Origin: Intoshia linei
Taxonomy: Eukaryota; Animalia; Orthonectida
Assembly (NCBI GenBank): GCA_001642005.1
Contig: LWCA01000012.1
Location: 27,159 to 91,158 of the forward strand
Length of the DNA stretch: 64,000 bases
Direction: 5' to 3'
Each line of letters begins with the position of its first letter. Position 1 is the stretch's first letter. Shown here in pieces: positions 36,601-49,627 of this stretch. The notes under the pieces were generated by a model, which was not told the origin of the DNA, searched no databases, and worked only from the letters and a program-made list of their open reading frames with translations. Position numbers and translations under genes: made by a program.

Positions 36601-38253
36601 ATTAATTAAAAACCCAATCTGATTTTCAATATCAATAATTTTTAAAAATATACTTTAAAGTAAAAAGTAATGTGATATCATGGTTTCACCTGAAACAAAT
36701 TTGGGAACCACTCCTTTAAAAGGATTGATAATACGTAATAGTAGGATTTTTAAGTTAGATTTTCAACGTGAATTTATTTTTTTGGTATAATAAAAATTGC
36801 CTTCAGCAGAGCTAGGTGCTGTTTGTACGTAGTACATTAGTCAACATAGTATCTGTATAATACTTGTATTTAACTAACGACATTGGACTGTCATAAGCTT
36901 TAACAGGTATTACAATAATAACATAAATTACAAGGGTTTATCTAAAATTTTATCCGTAAATTGCTCTCGACCATTCGACAAACGGAAATATACAAACACA
37001 CTCGCATGAATAATCCATAAATCATTTACCAAAATATCCATATTCTTTTTCTGAAATTAAAAAGATAAACAAAAAGTCTTTTGAATATTTTATATTGACC
37101 CAAATTGGGCCGCCCAATAGTCGATATAGGCCACTTTGGCGATCATGAATCATGATTCATAAATGAAATTGAATGATTATTCAAATATAAATAAATTACA
37201 TTTTGATTATAACTTTCACTATTTTCCATAACAAACTGAAGATGATTTGCAGCTTCAGACCATTCTTCAATTAAAATTGAGGATATCGCTAAGCCCCAAG
37301 ACACTGAGAAATAAAGGGGATCAGCATAATGCAACTAAAAATGAAAATATATAAATATAACATAACAAAAATAATTAATAAGTATATATACAAATTTAAA
37401 GTACAATTGTAATTAATAAAATTACAATTTTCATCATATAAAGTAGACACACTCTAACGTGATCATATCGTCCCATATCAAATAAAATCCGAATATAATT
37501 AAACAAATTAGGCAACGTATCTTCTTCATTTAGTTCCTAAAGAGGAACAATTATATTTAAATTAACTGTAAAGTTAAAATACAGAAATAAACACAAAACA
37601 TACTGGAAAACGACTGAATAGTTTAAGAGAGAAATTGTCCCCATTGCTAAATCACATTAAAAAATATATTTGTTATTCTAAAACTTAAGAGACTTTAATT
37701 CTTCTATCAACGTATCATCTCCCAAAACTTCCAATGTGTTAACATTACATTGTACCAATTCATCGTGTTCTTCTTCATATTTCAATTCATATTCGTCAAC
37801 TTCTAATTATTAGATCAAATAAATTCCTACTTGTGTAAAGTAAGTTTCCAAAAATGTGTCAATGTGCAATCGTTTATTTCGAAAATTTTTAAAACAAATA
37901 GTAACACCATAAATTGAACATTACAAACTTGCATCTTGACGATTAAAACAATCACCCATTATTTGAAAAATAAAATGATTATATTATAACCTTCAGGGAT
38001 GGGTGTATCAAGATTTTCGTAAATTTCTCTTATGGGTGAAATCATTTTAGTTTGATAATATGCTTTAATTTTGGCTTTAGAAATGCTTTCAGTGCTATAA
38101 ATCTAAAAAAAACCAATATAATATGAATTAATCGAGTAAATGTACATTTGTTGTTGATAAATGGTCCAATATTTTGACCAAGAGGTGTACATCAATATAT
38201 TTAGATATTTTTTTAGATAAATCGTATTTTTTATAGTTTGAATCTGTTTCCAT
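33608..38253 (-). CDS. EIF3E: Eukaryotic translation initiation factor 3 subunit E (INT6), multi-exon, divergent
   Basis: METDSNYKKYDLSKKISKYIDVHLLVKILDHL; SWGLAISSILIEEWSEA; YMNAMQNCCPYMFRYY..IKDLVKIL..YSDPITEFVLALFSDFDFDSARKNLDEC; LFEVFSRIHKIISLQ|MLSEWLNLDLDDAERWVVSLLK..KIDSKK|GIIIIGN..KTKLLAFKSQ..EYN*. This follows the eIF3e N-terminal and PCI domains. Confidence 0.93.
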
Positions 38254-39118
38254 TTTATCACGTGAAATTAGAAATATAAATTTTGTTTAGAAAATAATTT
38301 TATTAATATATATTAAAATATTTCCATTGTTACAGTTTAACAATTTTTTTATTTTAAATAAACTTAAATTTAGTTTTTTTTATGTAAACGAGAAATTCAG
38401 TATATTGTACAAGAATTAGATTTGTGTGGCACTATTCAAGCACGAATTAACACATTCTTTCAAAATATCATCAAGACGATCCAAACTCTTAATTTGGACC
38501 ATGCCCAATAGTCTAATAGAAATTATGTTAGTTAAATTTTAGTTAAAAAATTTCTTTTAAATTACATAAAACTATAAAAATACTACTATAAATAAAATAT
38601 TTTAAGATTAATAAATAGAACCTCTTACATATAAATTGTAATTTAATTGACTATACATTTTTTGTAATTATTAGTAATGATTTTAAAGTTTATCAACAAA
38701 AAACTGCCAAAACTAAAAGACTTATACTAAAGATAAAAGCCAAAAAGTGAATTTTCGTAAATTTAAAATTTTTCACGCATCAATTCAATAATATCTTTTA
38801 ATACAAGAAAAAGAATTATACTTTCTTCAATTTGTACGTCATTATACATTCAATTGTAAATTACACATGTTATGTCAAAATCAGTAATATTAAAAAAAAT
38901 TAATCAAATTCTTTATAATAATCCAATAAATCCATATGTCAAAGAACAAGTAATAATTTAATCAATTTAGTAAGTTTGTAGTAATTAGCTTAAATATTGA
39001 ATATTGTGAATATAAATTTTCATACAAATTTACAATTTGTAAAAAAATTGTAAATAAAGTAAAACTTGATTGATAATACATTTGAATTGAAATATATTAT
39101 ACTGAAATTATTTACGGT

Positions 39119-42100
39119 ATGTCAGAAAACGGTGAAAATAAAAAGTATAATGTGTTAAAAATAGTTTAAATGTATTGTTATGTTTTTAGAGTCATTGATA
39201 AAAAAAAGCAACATTTGGTTTCATTTTTATTAATATTCCATTTTTTTTTAATTTATTTATTTTTTTGTTAGGAAAAATTGGAGGCTGCTTTAAAATTACT
39301 AGACATTAAAACTGAAAAGCCTCATAAATTTTGGAAAACTCAACCTGTTAGACAAACTCAGTCTGATGAATTTATAAATGAATGTATAGAAATTAAAAAT
39401 ATTGACAATATTAAAACTGAACCATATCAAATTCCAGATGGATTTGAATGGTATGTTATGGATATTAATGACCCTGAAGAAGTAATTTTTTTCCATTTTT
39501 GTTTTATTTTGAGATGATTGGAGAACCGATTTTTTTTAACAAAAAATTATATATACATGTATTACAAATAGAGCACAGTTTGTATGTAATATAGAAGGCT
39601 GTAATTTTTATCTGACTAAGATAGATTGCGATAAGATTGTTGGTATCCGTGGTTATTTATAATGGGTTGTTTATAAGATGTTGAGTTACACCTATACCTT
39701 TTATTGAGGTAACTATCAAATGTGTAGAGTAATTTGAAAATTTTTACATTGTATTTTTTTAGATGAAAAAATTATATGAATTATTAAAGTTAAACTACGT
39801 TGAAGACGAAGATTGTCTATTCAGATTCAATTATTCTATAAATTTTCTCAAATGGTAAGGATTTATTAGTATTAATCGAAATTCTAAAATATATAATTTT
39901 CTGTTTATTAAATTACCAAATAAATAGATTTGATGGGTTAAAATTTTGTATTTATATCAACTGGAATATGTTGTATCAGAATAATTTAATTTTAATCTTT
40001 TTTTTAATTGTTGGATCGTTAATTATTTAAAATTTTTTCATTTTGTTAAAATAGTTTTGAAATAATAAAAAAAACTAAATTTATGTTTTATTATATTTTT
40101 GGGTTGATTTTATATAAAAAAAGGGGGAAAGAGGTTTTTGACCCTGAGGGACTCAAATTAATATAGACATACAAAAGAAAAATGAATATAAACTTTAGAA
40201 TAAACTGTATTAAAAATTAAGTTTTGTTAAATTCTACAACTGTTAATTTTTATCAACATGCGGTAAACCTACAGACATTCAATTTTATATAAGTAAAGGA
40301 TTATGTTTAGGGCTCTTTCTCCGCCTAATTGGAAAAGAGATTGGCATTTGTGCGTTCGAGGAATAAAAAAAAAGAATTTGCTGGGTTTTATCAGTGCTAT
40401 ACCTCAAAATGTTTGCATTCATAAACAGTAATTTTAAAATTTCTAATCATATCAATAAACAAAATAAATTCTTAATTTTAAATTAAAAAAAAATCTTTCT
40501 TTGATATTTATGTTGATATTTTTTGATTTAGAAAAATTGAATCCGTTGAAGTAAATTTTCTCTGTGTACATAGAAAGCTACGATCGAAGGTATGTAATTA
40601 TGGTGTTTATATAATGAGTTGTTAGATTGTGATATATTATAATATAGTGTAGTTATTAAGATTGTAAAATCTAGACATCTACCACGGGTCTAGATTTGAC
40701 ATTTTAAATTTAAAATAAAATAGTTGTTATATTCAAGAATATTATTTTTTAATGCTAAAATTGGACAAATGAAGACCTTTATAATAATTGTAATTGTAAT
40801 AATAATGTAGCGGTCGTCTAGGCTTTAGGATGAATTCACAACATCGAGTAACTGTAATAAGTATATTAAAATTTTTTTTATATTTTATTTGAATTTTACG
40901 GACACCAATCGGTAACCACTGTATTAAGGGTTTGTATAATTAGATTTTTTTTGTGTTTTGAATTAAGAAGTTTTTACTAATAAAGATTTACTAAAAGCAG
41001 ATTTTTTATTTTGTGGTTTGATTAAGTGGATTTTTCGATCTGATGGTTTGAAATATTTTTTATTTAATTTTTAAATTTTATTAATGTTGAGATAAAAGTT
41101 GCATTTTTGAAATAATAATTTAGCCAATTAAATTATGCCAACTATGTTATAAATGTTAAAAATAAACAAAAATTGATAAAAAATTTTCTATATATTATTT
41201 GAATCTCACGGACCCTCAGGTATATAGTTTTGGACTCCAATCGGGAACCACTGATCTAACTCCGATTTTAAAGGTTTTGATGACACTTTTACCAAAAATT
41301 CATAACATGATCTAAAATAATGTCTTTTGAAAAATAGCAATATAAATTGAAATTTTCTTATAATAACAATTAGCACATGGCACCAATTTTAATTAAAGAA
41401 ATTACAAGAAGAGTTAACCTGTCTGGAATTTTTCAAGCTTTTTATACAGCTGGAATTAGACTACCTACACCAATCGCCAAATGCACGTAATTTTAGTTAT
41501 CTTGTTGTTATTATTAGTCCATCATACGTTCATGTTTATGGATAAACAATGGTTAATATTCGTTATATTCAATTTTGTGATTATACCTCCAAAAAAATCG
41601 GAACACAATTATGGGAAAAATATTTTGCGGTTCTATTTGTATGATACTAATAATTATATATATCCAGGTACTAACCTTAAAGATGAATCTATAAATAATT
41701 TATATTTTAAGGTCAAAAATATTTTTTCATTTACGATTTTTGTGTGTTTATTTTTTATACTTATTCCAACCTTATTAAATTATATTAAAATGTAAATTTT
41801 AGATATTATCATCGTTCTCTCAATTGCGCAAAATTGTCCGATGTTAAATTTTATTGTATTACTAAAAATATGAATCTTCGAAGACTTATTAAACTTAACA
41901 GATTGCCGGAGGTTATTTATTTATAGATTATTTGAGTTTTTGAAAAATTTTGTTTAAATTTAAAGATAAAATTTCATTATACAGCCCAACTTGTGAAATC
42001 AGAATCGTCTATGTATTTACACATTTTTTATTGATTGCAGATTTTGTATGTGGTAATTTACTGAACCATTTTCTCATCTCATACGTTGTAGCTCCATTTT

Positions 42101-42857
42101 TTCAACTACTAAACTTTCCAAAAAAAAAACTTTCAAAAACAAGAACTGATATGTTTACTAAATTATCTATTTAGCAAAACGACTCTAGATTTGTTCCAAT
42201 GGGTACTGATCATACACCTCAAGCTCACGAATTACTTATGAATGTATATTCTAAATTTTAATTTTTACGAACGTGTAAATTAATTTAATTTATGAATTTA
42301 GTATTTAAAAAATAAAAATTTGTATCCAAATTATAATCTCGACGAATTTAATTACTGGTTTTTACCTCAAGAATCAATTGTTTATAGTTATATAGTAAAG
42401 GTAAATTGTATTAATATTTATTTTTTCACTTAAAGTTGTATAATGTACACAAAATTTAGAAAGATGATAAAATAACAGACTTTATAAGTTACTACTTGGT
42501 TCAAAGCAGTGTTTTAAACAATGAAAGATATGACACCTTGACAGCGGCTTATTTATTTTTTGTGATCAATGATACGCTTAGCTTAAACGATTTGGTCAAG
42601 GAGGCTCTCATCTCAGCAAAAAAGGTTTTTGAATTTTTAATTGTGAATCTAAATGTAATTTTAGAATGGAGCAGATGCTTTCAATGCTTTGGATTGTATG
42701 GAAAATGATCAATTTTTCAAAGAACTGAAATTTGGAAAAGGCGACGGAAATTTGCATTATTATGCATTCAACTGGAATTGCTCATATATTGATAAACAAA
42801 ACGTAACAAAATTTAATATTTTGATACATTTTTTAGGTTGGAATGATTCTACTTTAA
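39119..42857 (+). CDS. NMT: Glycylpeptide N-tetradecanoyltransferase (N-myristoyltransferase), multi-exon
   Basis: [110 protein letters not shown], ending ..DKQN|VGMILL* (TAA 42855-57). Confidence 0.97.
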
Positions 42858-42861
42858 CTCA

Positions 42862-45072
42862 CTACCAATCTCCAAACGCATCTGTTTTTGAATTTGTACT
42901 TGTAGAACTTGTTTCATTTCTATATTTATATATTAATTTGAAACAAAAATAAAAATTACGTTTCTTCTTTGATATCAATTTTTACATCACGTTTTGATGT
43001 TTCTATATTTTTTTGAATGAAAATTTTATCTACTTTTGTTTCGACTGCATTAATCATTGGAGTTTCTTTGATAATGGAAATTTTTTCTGATCTTTGAATG
43101 GATGGATTTGGGGTTTTTAATTTCATGATACTATGAAATGAACCGTCATTGGATTCGTCGGTTTTAACCAAATTGATGTTTTCATTGTCAAAGTGATTTT
43201 TTTTCTCGAGTTCATGATCATTATTTTTATTATCTTTACGGTATGTATGAGTGTCAATTTCATTCTCTACACTTGTTTCTTTATGATCCAATACGATGGT
43301 CGTTTCATCTGGAATATTTGTGATTTCAGACGTGTAAATTGAAGAAATATCACTGTTCTGGGTAGCATTCGAGTCTACAGATGCATTAGATATTTGATTG
43401 TATAATTTGAAATTATTTTGTCTTGTATAATTGGCGGTATTTTCATTTTTCGTACGATTTAGACTTTTTTCCATTGCAGACAGTTGCGACATTTTTTTTT
43501 CAATTTCCATCAAATCCTTTTCACCGGAAACGTATTTATTTAGACTAGAATTTCTAAAAAGCGGTTATTGATAATTCCAAATAAATCTTACAAGGAGGAA
43601 CAAGCCGAAGTTTTCATGTACATTTTGTCGCATCTACAAATTATAAAAATGAATAATAAATATGATATTTCAATTATAATTGATACTTACAAATTTTTAA
43701 AAAATTGTTTCTCTCTGTCCAATTCTTTGAATTTGTGAAATTCATCCCTTTCCAATTGCTTATAAGATTTTTCTTTGGCACTAGAAATCATTTCCTGGAG
43801 CATATTCTTATCGTCAAGTAAATGCTTTTCACTTAAAATGACTTTTTGTTCTCTATTGTAAATATCTCTTTCTCTCTCATCTAATTCGTATTCCATTTTA
43901 TTCAATTTCGTGATTCGTGACCGATGCATGTCATGTTCATTTTTTAATCTCTTGTCGCATTCTTTGTTTATTTCATCATTTAATCGATTTTCCAGTGCTA
44001 CCAGCCTACTTTTTTTCAATTCAAATTGATCAATTTCACTTTTAAATAATTTAGTGTCATAATTATGGGTATTTATTTTATCTTCGAGTTTATCTTCTTG
44101 TTTTCTAACCCAATCGAGTTGTATTTCAATCTGCCGTTTGTCAGATAATATTTGGTTTTCCTTATTTTTCAATTCATTTCTGTACATTTCCATTTTTGAT
44201 TTATAAACATACTCCATATGGCTCAATCTTTGTTCATAGTCTTGGCATATAGTCAATATTTTATTGTCATATTGGTTAGATACGACTTCACGTGTTTCTC
44301 TGGATATGCGTTTCGATTCCACTAATTTAAATTGCTCGATAGACATTTCCAATTTATTTTTATATGATTCGTCCAAGTTTAATTCATATTTACGTATTTT
44401 GTAATTGAGTAAATCTGAATTTTTTTGGATCGGAAAATATTCAAAATTCGTTGCATTTTTTGGATAATTGAAAGGATTTAATGAAGTAAAATCTGGTTGA
44501 TTATCCGTGTCATTTTTGAGATTTGGTTTATATTTATTAGAATAAAACAAATTGTGACAATTTGCACATAGTTTACTCCAACTTGTTGAACAATTTATAA
44601 CTTTTTTAATTATTTCATCTAAATAACTAGCATCGTTTAATCTATTTGAATTTGAAAAATAATCATCACGGTCAATGTTCATTATTTTGTTGATGGAGTT
44701 GTTTGGAAAAATCTAAAATTTTATCAATCAAAATCAATGTAATTTTAACAATTTTTTATGTTACTTTTTCGACAGCAGTGTTAGATTCCGCCAAAAATAC
44801 ACTTGACGCAAAGAATAATTTATGGTGGGACAAGTAGTCGTAAATTATACTGTTGATTGCTTGTCTCTCAACGCTGTTTCCATCTTTAAATTTTTTTTTA
44901 CATAGTCCATCGTTTGTCAAGTTCTTTTGTATTTCAGTAAAAATTTTGTAGCGTAGTTCCGTCTAGGTTTAGGTCATTTATTTTAAATTTTTATTTTTAC
45001 TTTAATTTCATTTATTGAACCCTTATTATCCAATATTGTGTATAAATCTAGTGTGTCAGACGATTTGGACAT
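42862..45072 (-). CDS. OFD1: OFD1-like centriole protein (LisH + coiled coil), about 660 aa, multi-exon
   Basis: MSKSSDTLDLYTILDNKGSINEIK|TELRYKIFTEI..AINSIIYDYLSHHKLFFASSVFLAES (TOF/LisH pattern), a long coiled coil (ORF 43687-44682), and after a 40-nt GT-AG intron (42920-42959) a last exon NETSSTSTNSKTDAFGDW*, resembling the terminal acidic-Trp motif of OFD1. Confidence 0.75.
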
Positions 45073-46984
45073 TTTTTAGTATTTATTTGCAACTATGGAT
45101 CTTTTTTATGCATTTTATCTGAGTTTACTAATTTGTTTATCTCATTGTTACGATGAAGTTATAAAATAATATCCAGTCGCAGTGTTTATTGTAATTTTAA
45201 CGACAGTTTAATTCTGGCATAAAATAACTAGCAATACCTATCTCACTATTTAATTGCTTATTACGAACATTAAAGTTTAATAATTAAACTATGGTCTCCA
45301 GTAGTAGTTGGTAATCGATAAAAAATTATTTATCGATAATTTTTCGAAATTTTGGTGGACAGTGTAATTGAAGTCTAATTAAAAGCAACCGTTACACTTA
45401 AATATGAAAAATGGTATACTATATGTGGCAACTGACTCAATTGTAAAAAAGAGACCAGTTTCTAAAAAATTTCCATCTACAATGTATCTATTAATTAAAG
45501 CTGCCAGAAGTACGTTTTAGGCAGCACTGATAAAAACGTACTAAAAATTAAAGTTTATTATAATAAACTTTAATAATTTTTAAAATGTAATACGCTATGG
45601 TATAAGATTAATTCAAATAATGTGAAATTATTTACAATTCAAATAATAAAATATTTAAATTAAATTTTAATTTATAATTGTATTTTATATAGTTTAAAAC
45701 TAAAAACTTGTAAAATTCCAATTCAACATTATAATTTTGTAACTAAGTAATACAAGTACGTTTTTAATCAATTAATACATCATGTAGTAATATTTTGTTT
45801 TCTATACATATTTTTTGTGTAACTAGACAAATAAAATAATCAGAAGTTTATTTTTTGTTATAAAAAGGGGACATTACATCAAGAATTACCATATTATTTT
45901 TAAAATTTAATAAAAATTTATAAGAAAATTTTCATTTCCTAATTTAGTCTTATATATATTTTTTTTATTTTTCTTCAAAAAATGTTCATGCGATTTCGGC
46001 GTACCAAATGTGAACAAGTGGTATTTCCATATCAGATGCAATAATATAGGGACATTCTGGCGTCGAAAATAAAAATTTCCAAAATGGCATGCCCCACAAA
46101 GATTCTTGTTGTATATAATTTTATTCACACTTATATACATTCTTTTCAATACGTTTTCTAAAATTAACATAATTTATTCATTACAAATTTTGATATTACA
46201 CTCATTGTGGTTAAAATTTTTGACTTTTTGTATATAATCTTTAATTGATTAGATCTAACAAACTGTATAAAATTTTCATTGTATATGAATTATTATTAAT
46301 GAATATTATAAGTGTTTAATTATTTTATAAACCATTTTCAAGGTCAGGAAAAGACGGGTGTTATACTTAAATATTTAAATTTTTATACAAAACAACGTAT
46401 TTTTAGATTAAAATTTGTTAAGACGATTTAAATTTCAGTAATCCTATACGAAAATTTTATATACAACTAAAACGTAACTTTATTTAATGGATTGTTGTTT
46501 TTGAAGGGTTTATATTTCGTATTCTTGTGTTTTTATTGATCATATGTTCAAGTGTACATGTTTCTTGTTAAAATTAAATTATTATTGATTTATTATTTAT
46601 GAAAACATTTATATACAATAGACGCTCAAAAAGTGACCACTAAATATCAAATAGAAACAAACGTATCCGAAAAAATCTCATGTTCCAGTTTTTTTTATTC
46701 ACATTATTGTTTAAAATAATATATTTGTCCATGTCATTCCACTGTTTTGTGTTTCAAATATAAACTGTAAAGTCCAACTCTTTGGAGAGAATTTCGCCTA
46801 AGAACTAAGGGCTATTTTTGATTTACAAAATGTATCGAGGAATAGTAGGTGTGGCTTTGGTGGCAATAGTTACATTAGAATAAGTTTACATTCTTATAAA
46901 AATTAAAGAATACTTAACTTGATTAACTTATTACTTTATTAAATGGCTACCTGGTTAAATTATACGTTATTTTGTTATAAATTT

Positions 46985-47473
46985 GGATAATTTAATAAGA
47001 GTTAAAAGTTAATTTACGTTATTTTAATAGCAAATACTTTATTTTAGTAATATGTACTTTATTATAAAAGTGAAAAAATTTTTAAATTTAAATGTAATCT
47101 CATAAAAAAAATATTCTCTGGTGTGAACATAGAATATTTCTAATTTTTTTGTAATATGGTTTGTAAGTATAATATGGTATCTTAATATTTCAGTTTTGAC
47201 TTGGGTCTGTAGTGGATGATATAATATTGTAGTAACTAGATTTTTAATTTTGAAAAAAGAATGCAACAAACAAAGTTTTTTTTGACGACTTTGTACCGAA
47301 CAAAGAAGTTAAAAAAATATTTTAAATAAATATTTAGTTTCTAATTTTTAAAATTCTTTTTTCACTTTTATTTCATTCCATTTTTCACTTTTATAATGAA
47401 GTACATATTACTAAAATAAAGTATTTATAACCAAAATAACGTAAATTAACTTTTAACTCTTATTAAATTATCT
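46985..47473. mobile_element. Long inverted repeat (about 90-bp arms), foldback/MITE-like
   Basis: GATAATTTAATAAGAGTTAAAAGTTAATTTACGTTATTTT..TATAAAAGTGAAAAA (about 46985-47076) pairs with about 47381-47473. Confidence 0.7.
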
Positions 47474-48744
47474 ATTTAATCGACTTAATTTCATAGATTT
47501 GAACCGACTGTACTGAATTTTGATCATTATAATCGGTTTCTAACTGTATATTTTATATTGAACTTAAATGTAAATTTAATTTTAATTGAATTGTGGTAAT
47601 TCTGTTAAACTGAAAATCCGCAACTCTAAATATTACAAAAAATACTACAGAATATGACATTTCGTTAAAAAATGCCTCTGAGTTAAGTTAACACCTCGTT
47701 GACGCATAAATATACGTATATCATATACGTGACAATGTTATTATTTAAATTCGTAAATACAAACAAAATGCAAATAGGTCCCTGTAACCTGACTTATCAG
47801 CATCCTGGACTATCCGTCCGATTATTTTTTATATATAGAAACATACATTAATATGCATAAATAATTCTAATCAAATATACGTAGTCACATTTCTAAATCT
47901 TAAATGAAAACGTTCATACCCACCAAAAATTAAACCGTAGACTTGGCTGCTAAATTATACGATATTCTACTCAATATAGTCTATTGATTAATCACCTGTC
48001 TAACGATCTAATCATAATGACAAATACAAAGATATATATATATATATTGTATAATGAAACATTTTTTAATCATGTCATTTACATGAATATACAATGTATA
48101 TTATACATTTAGTCCATATAATATGTATGACATTTAATGTGGTGAAATGTAACAATATTTAAAATAATTTATTCAATTATTATGAAATGTAAAATTTATA
48201 TAAATACTAAACGAATCAATTACTAAACAAATTAGCATTGTCACTGAAATAAAAACAGCTAATAATAATTGTGATACATTAATGTAAATACATATTAACA
48301 CATTCAATTTAACAACAGACCATGGACATAACTGTAACATGAGAAGATGTAGGCTTATATTAATTGTTTAACATTAATTAATTTCAATACTTAATTAATG
48401 CATAATATGTCATTATATGTATTAGAACTATTAATTTCAAATTATGAATAAAAAGGATTAAATATCAAGTGTTGCTATTTGAAATTAATAATAAATGTAA
48501 ATTTGTCATATTAATCATTGTTTACAATAGATGGATAGCAATGTGCTACAAAGTACAACGAGATTAAGATAATCATGACCCATGCAAACCTTACTCGGAT
48601 TTATAAAATTGTTAATCTTTAATACAAGTAGCGTTTATTAATTTCACTTGTTCATGTTCACTAATTTTATGTACAAGATATAACATGTCAATTTAATGTG
48701 AATATAATTAAATTGATCAAATCATTCATTTTTATACATCAATA

Positions 48745-49543
48745 ATGGAAGATGTTTTTAAAATTAAAACTTTTTCAAATTTTTCTATTGATAGAATATT
48801 GTCAGATAATTTTAATTCAAAATCAATCATGTCAAGTATTTTTGTCAAATGATACATTAATAGCCATTTTTAGATAATGTAAATAGTCAAGATTTAAATA
48901 TTAGCGCCTTAAAGAATCTCAATTTTGAACAATATTTCAATCTAATCAATTCTCTGTACTCTCATGTCCCAAATTACTCACAATTGCACAATATACAAAA
49001 TTTGCAATTACAAAACATTCAAAGAGGTATTGTTTGTAATCAAACTTTGTTAAATTTAAATGATTTCATGATTCAATTACTATTATCCATATTATTCACT
49101 AATTAATTAATGCATTTATATTTTTATTCATTTGATTTCATAAGTTATAATATTATATTTTTACCTGAACTTTATCTAGGAATGAAAGTTAATCCTTATA
49201 TTACGGCCCAGTACATTTTGAATGAGTACAAGACTAAACCCAAACGAATCTACTTTAGGAGAGCAGTGTTTTCAGAATCTCAAAGAAATGGCCTAGAAGA
49301 AATTTTTAAAAAACAACGATACATAACTAGATGTGAACGAAAATTATTGGCCCAAAAACTTGATTTAAATGATTCACAGGTACATTATTATATATTTATT
49401 TACTATATCATTGTTTAGATTAAAATTTGGTTTCAGGTACATGAATATTTTTCTGTTTGATTAATTTGTTAATATAGAATAGGAGAATGAAATGGAGATC
49501 AAAAAAAGAATACAAATGTGAAAACCAATCTGTAAATGTGTAG
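48745..49543 (+). CDS. Dbx: Dbx-family (NK-like) homeobox transcription factor with eh1 motif; 5 exons
   Basis: N-terminal eh1 FSIDRIL; homeodomain RRAVFSESQRNGLEEIFKKQRYITRCERKLLAQKLDLNDSQ|IKIWFQ|NRRMKWRSKKE. RRAVFS..QR..LE and L.DSQ are characteristic of Dbx. Confidence 0.88.
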
Positions 49544-49627
49544 AATAAATAATCTCTATTGTTTATATATTTATGGATACTTGTTTCCATTATTCTAGTT
49601 TTAATTCATTTTTGTAAAATTTCAATT

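Noticed and set aside
41481-42174. Hydrophobic ORFs 41481-41795 and 41950-42174
   Set aside because: Intronic sequence between clear NMT exons; no recognisable domain.
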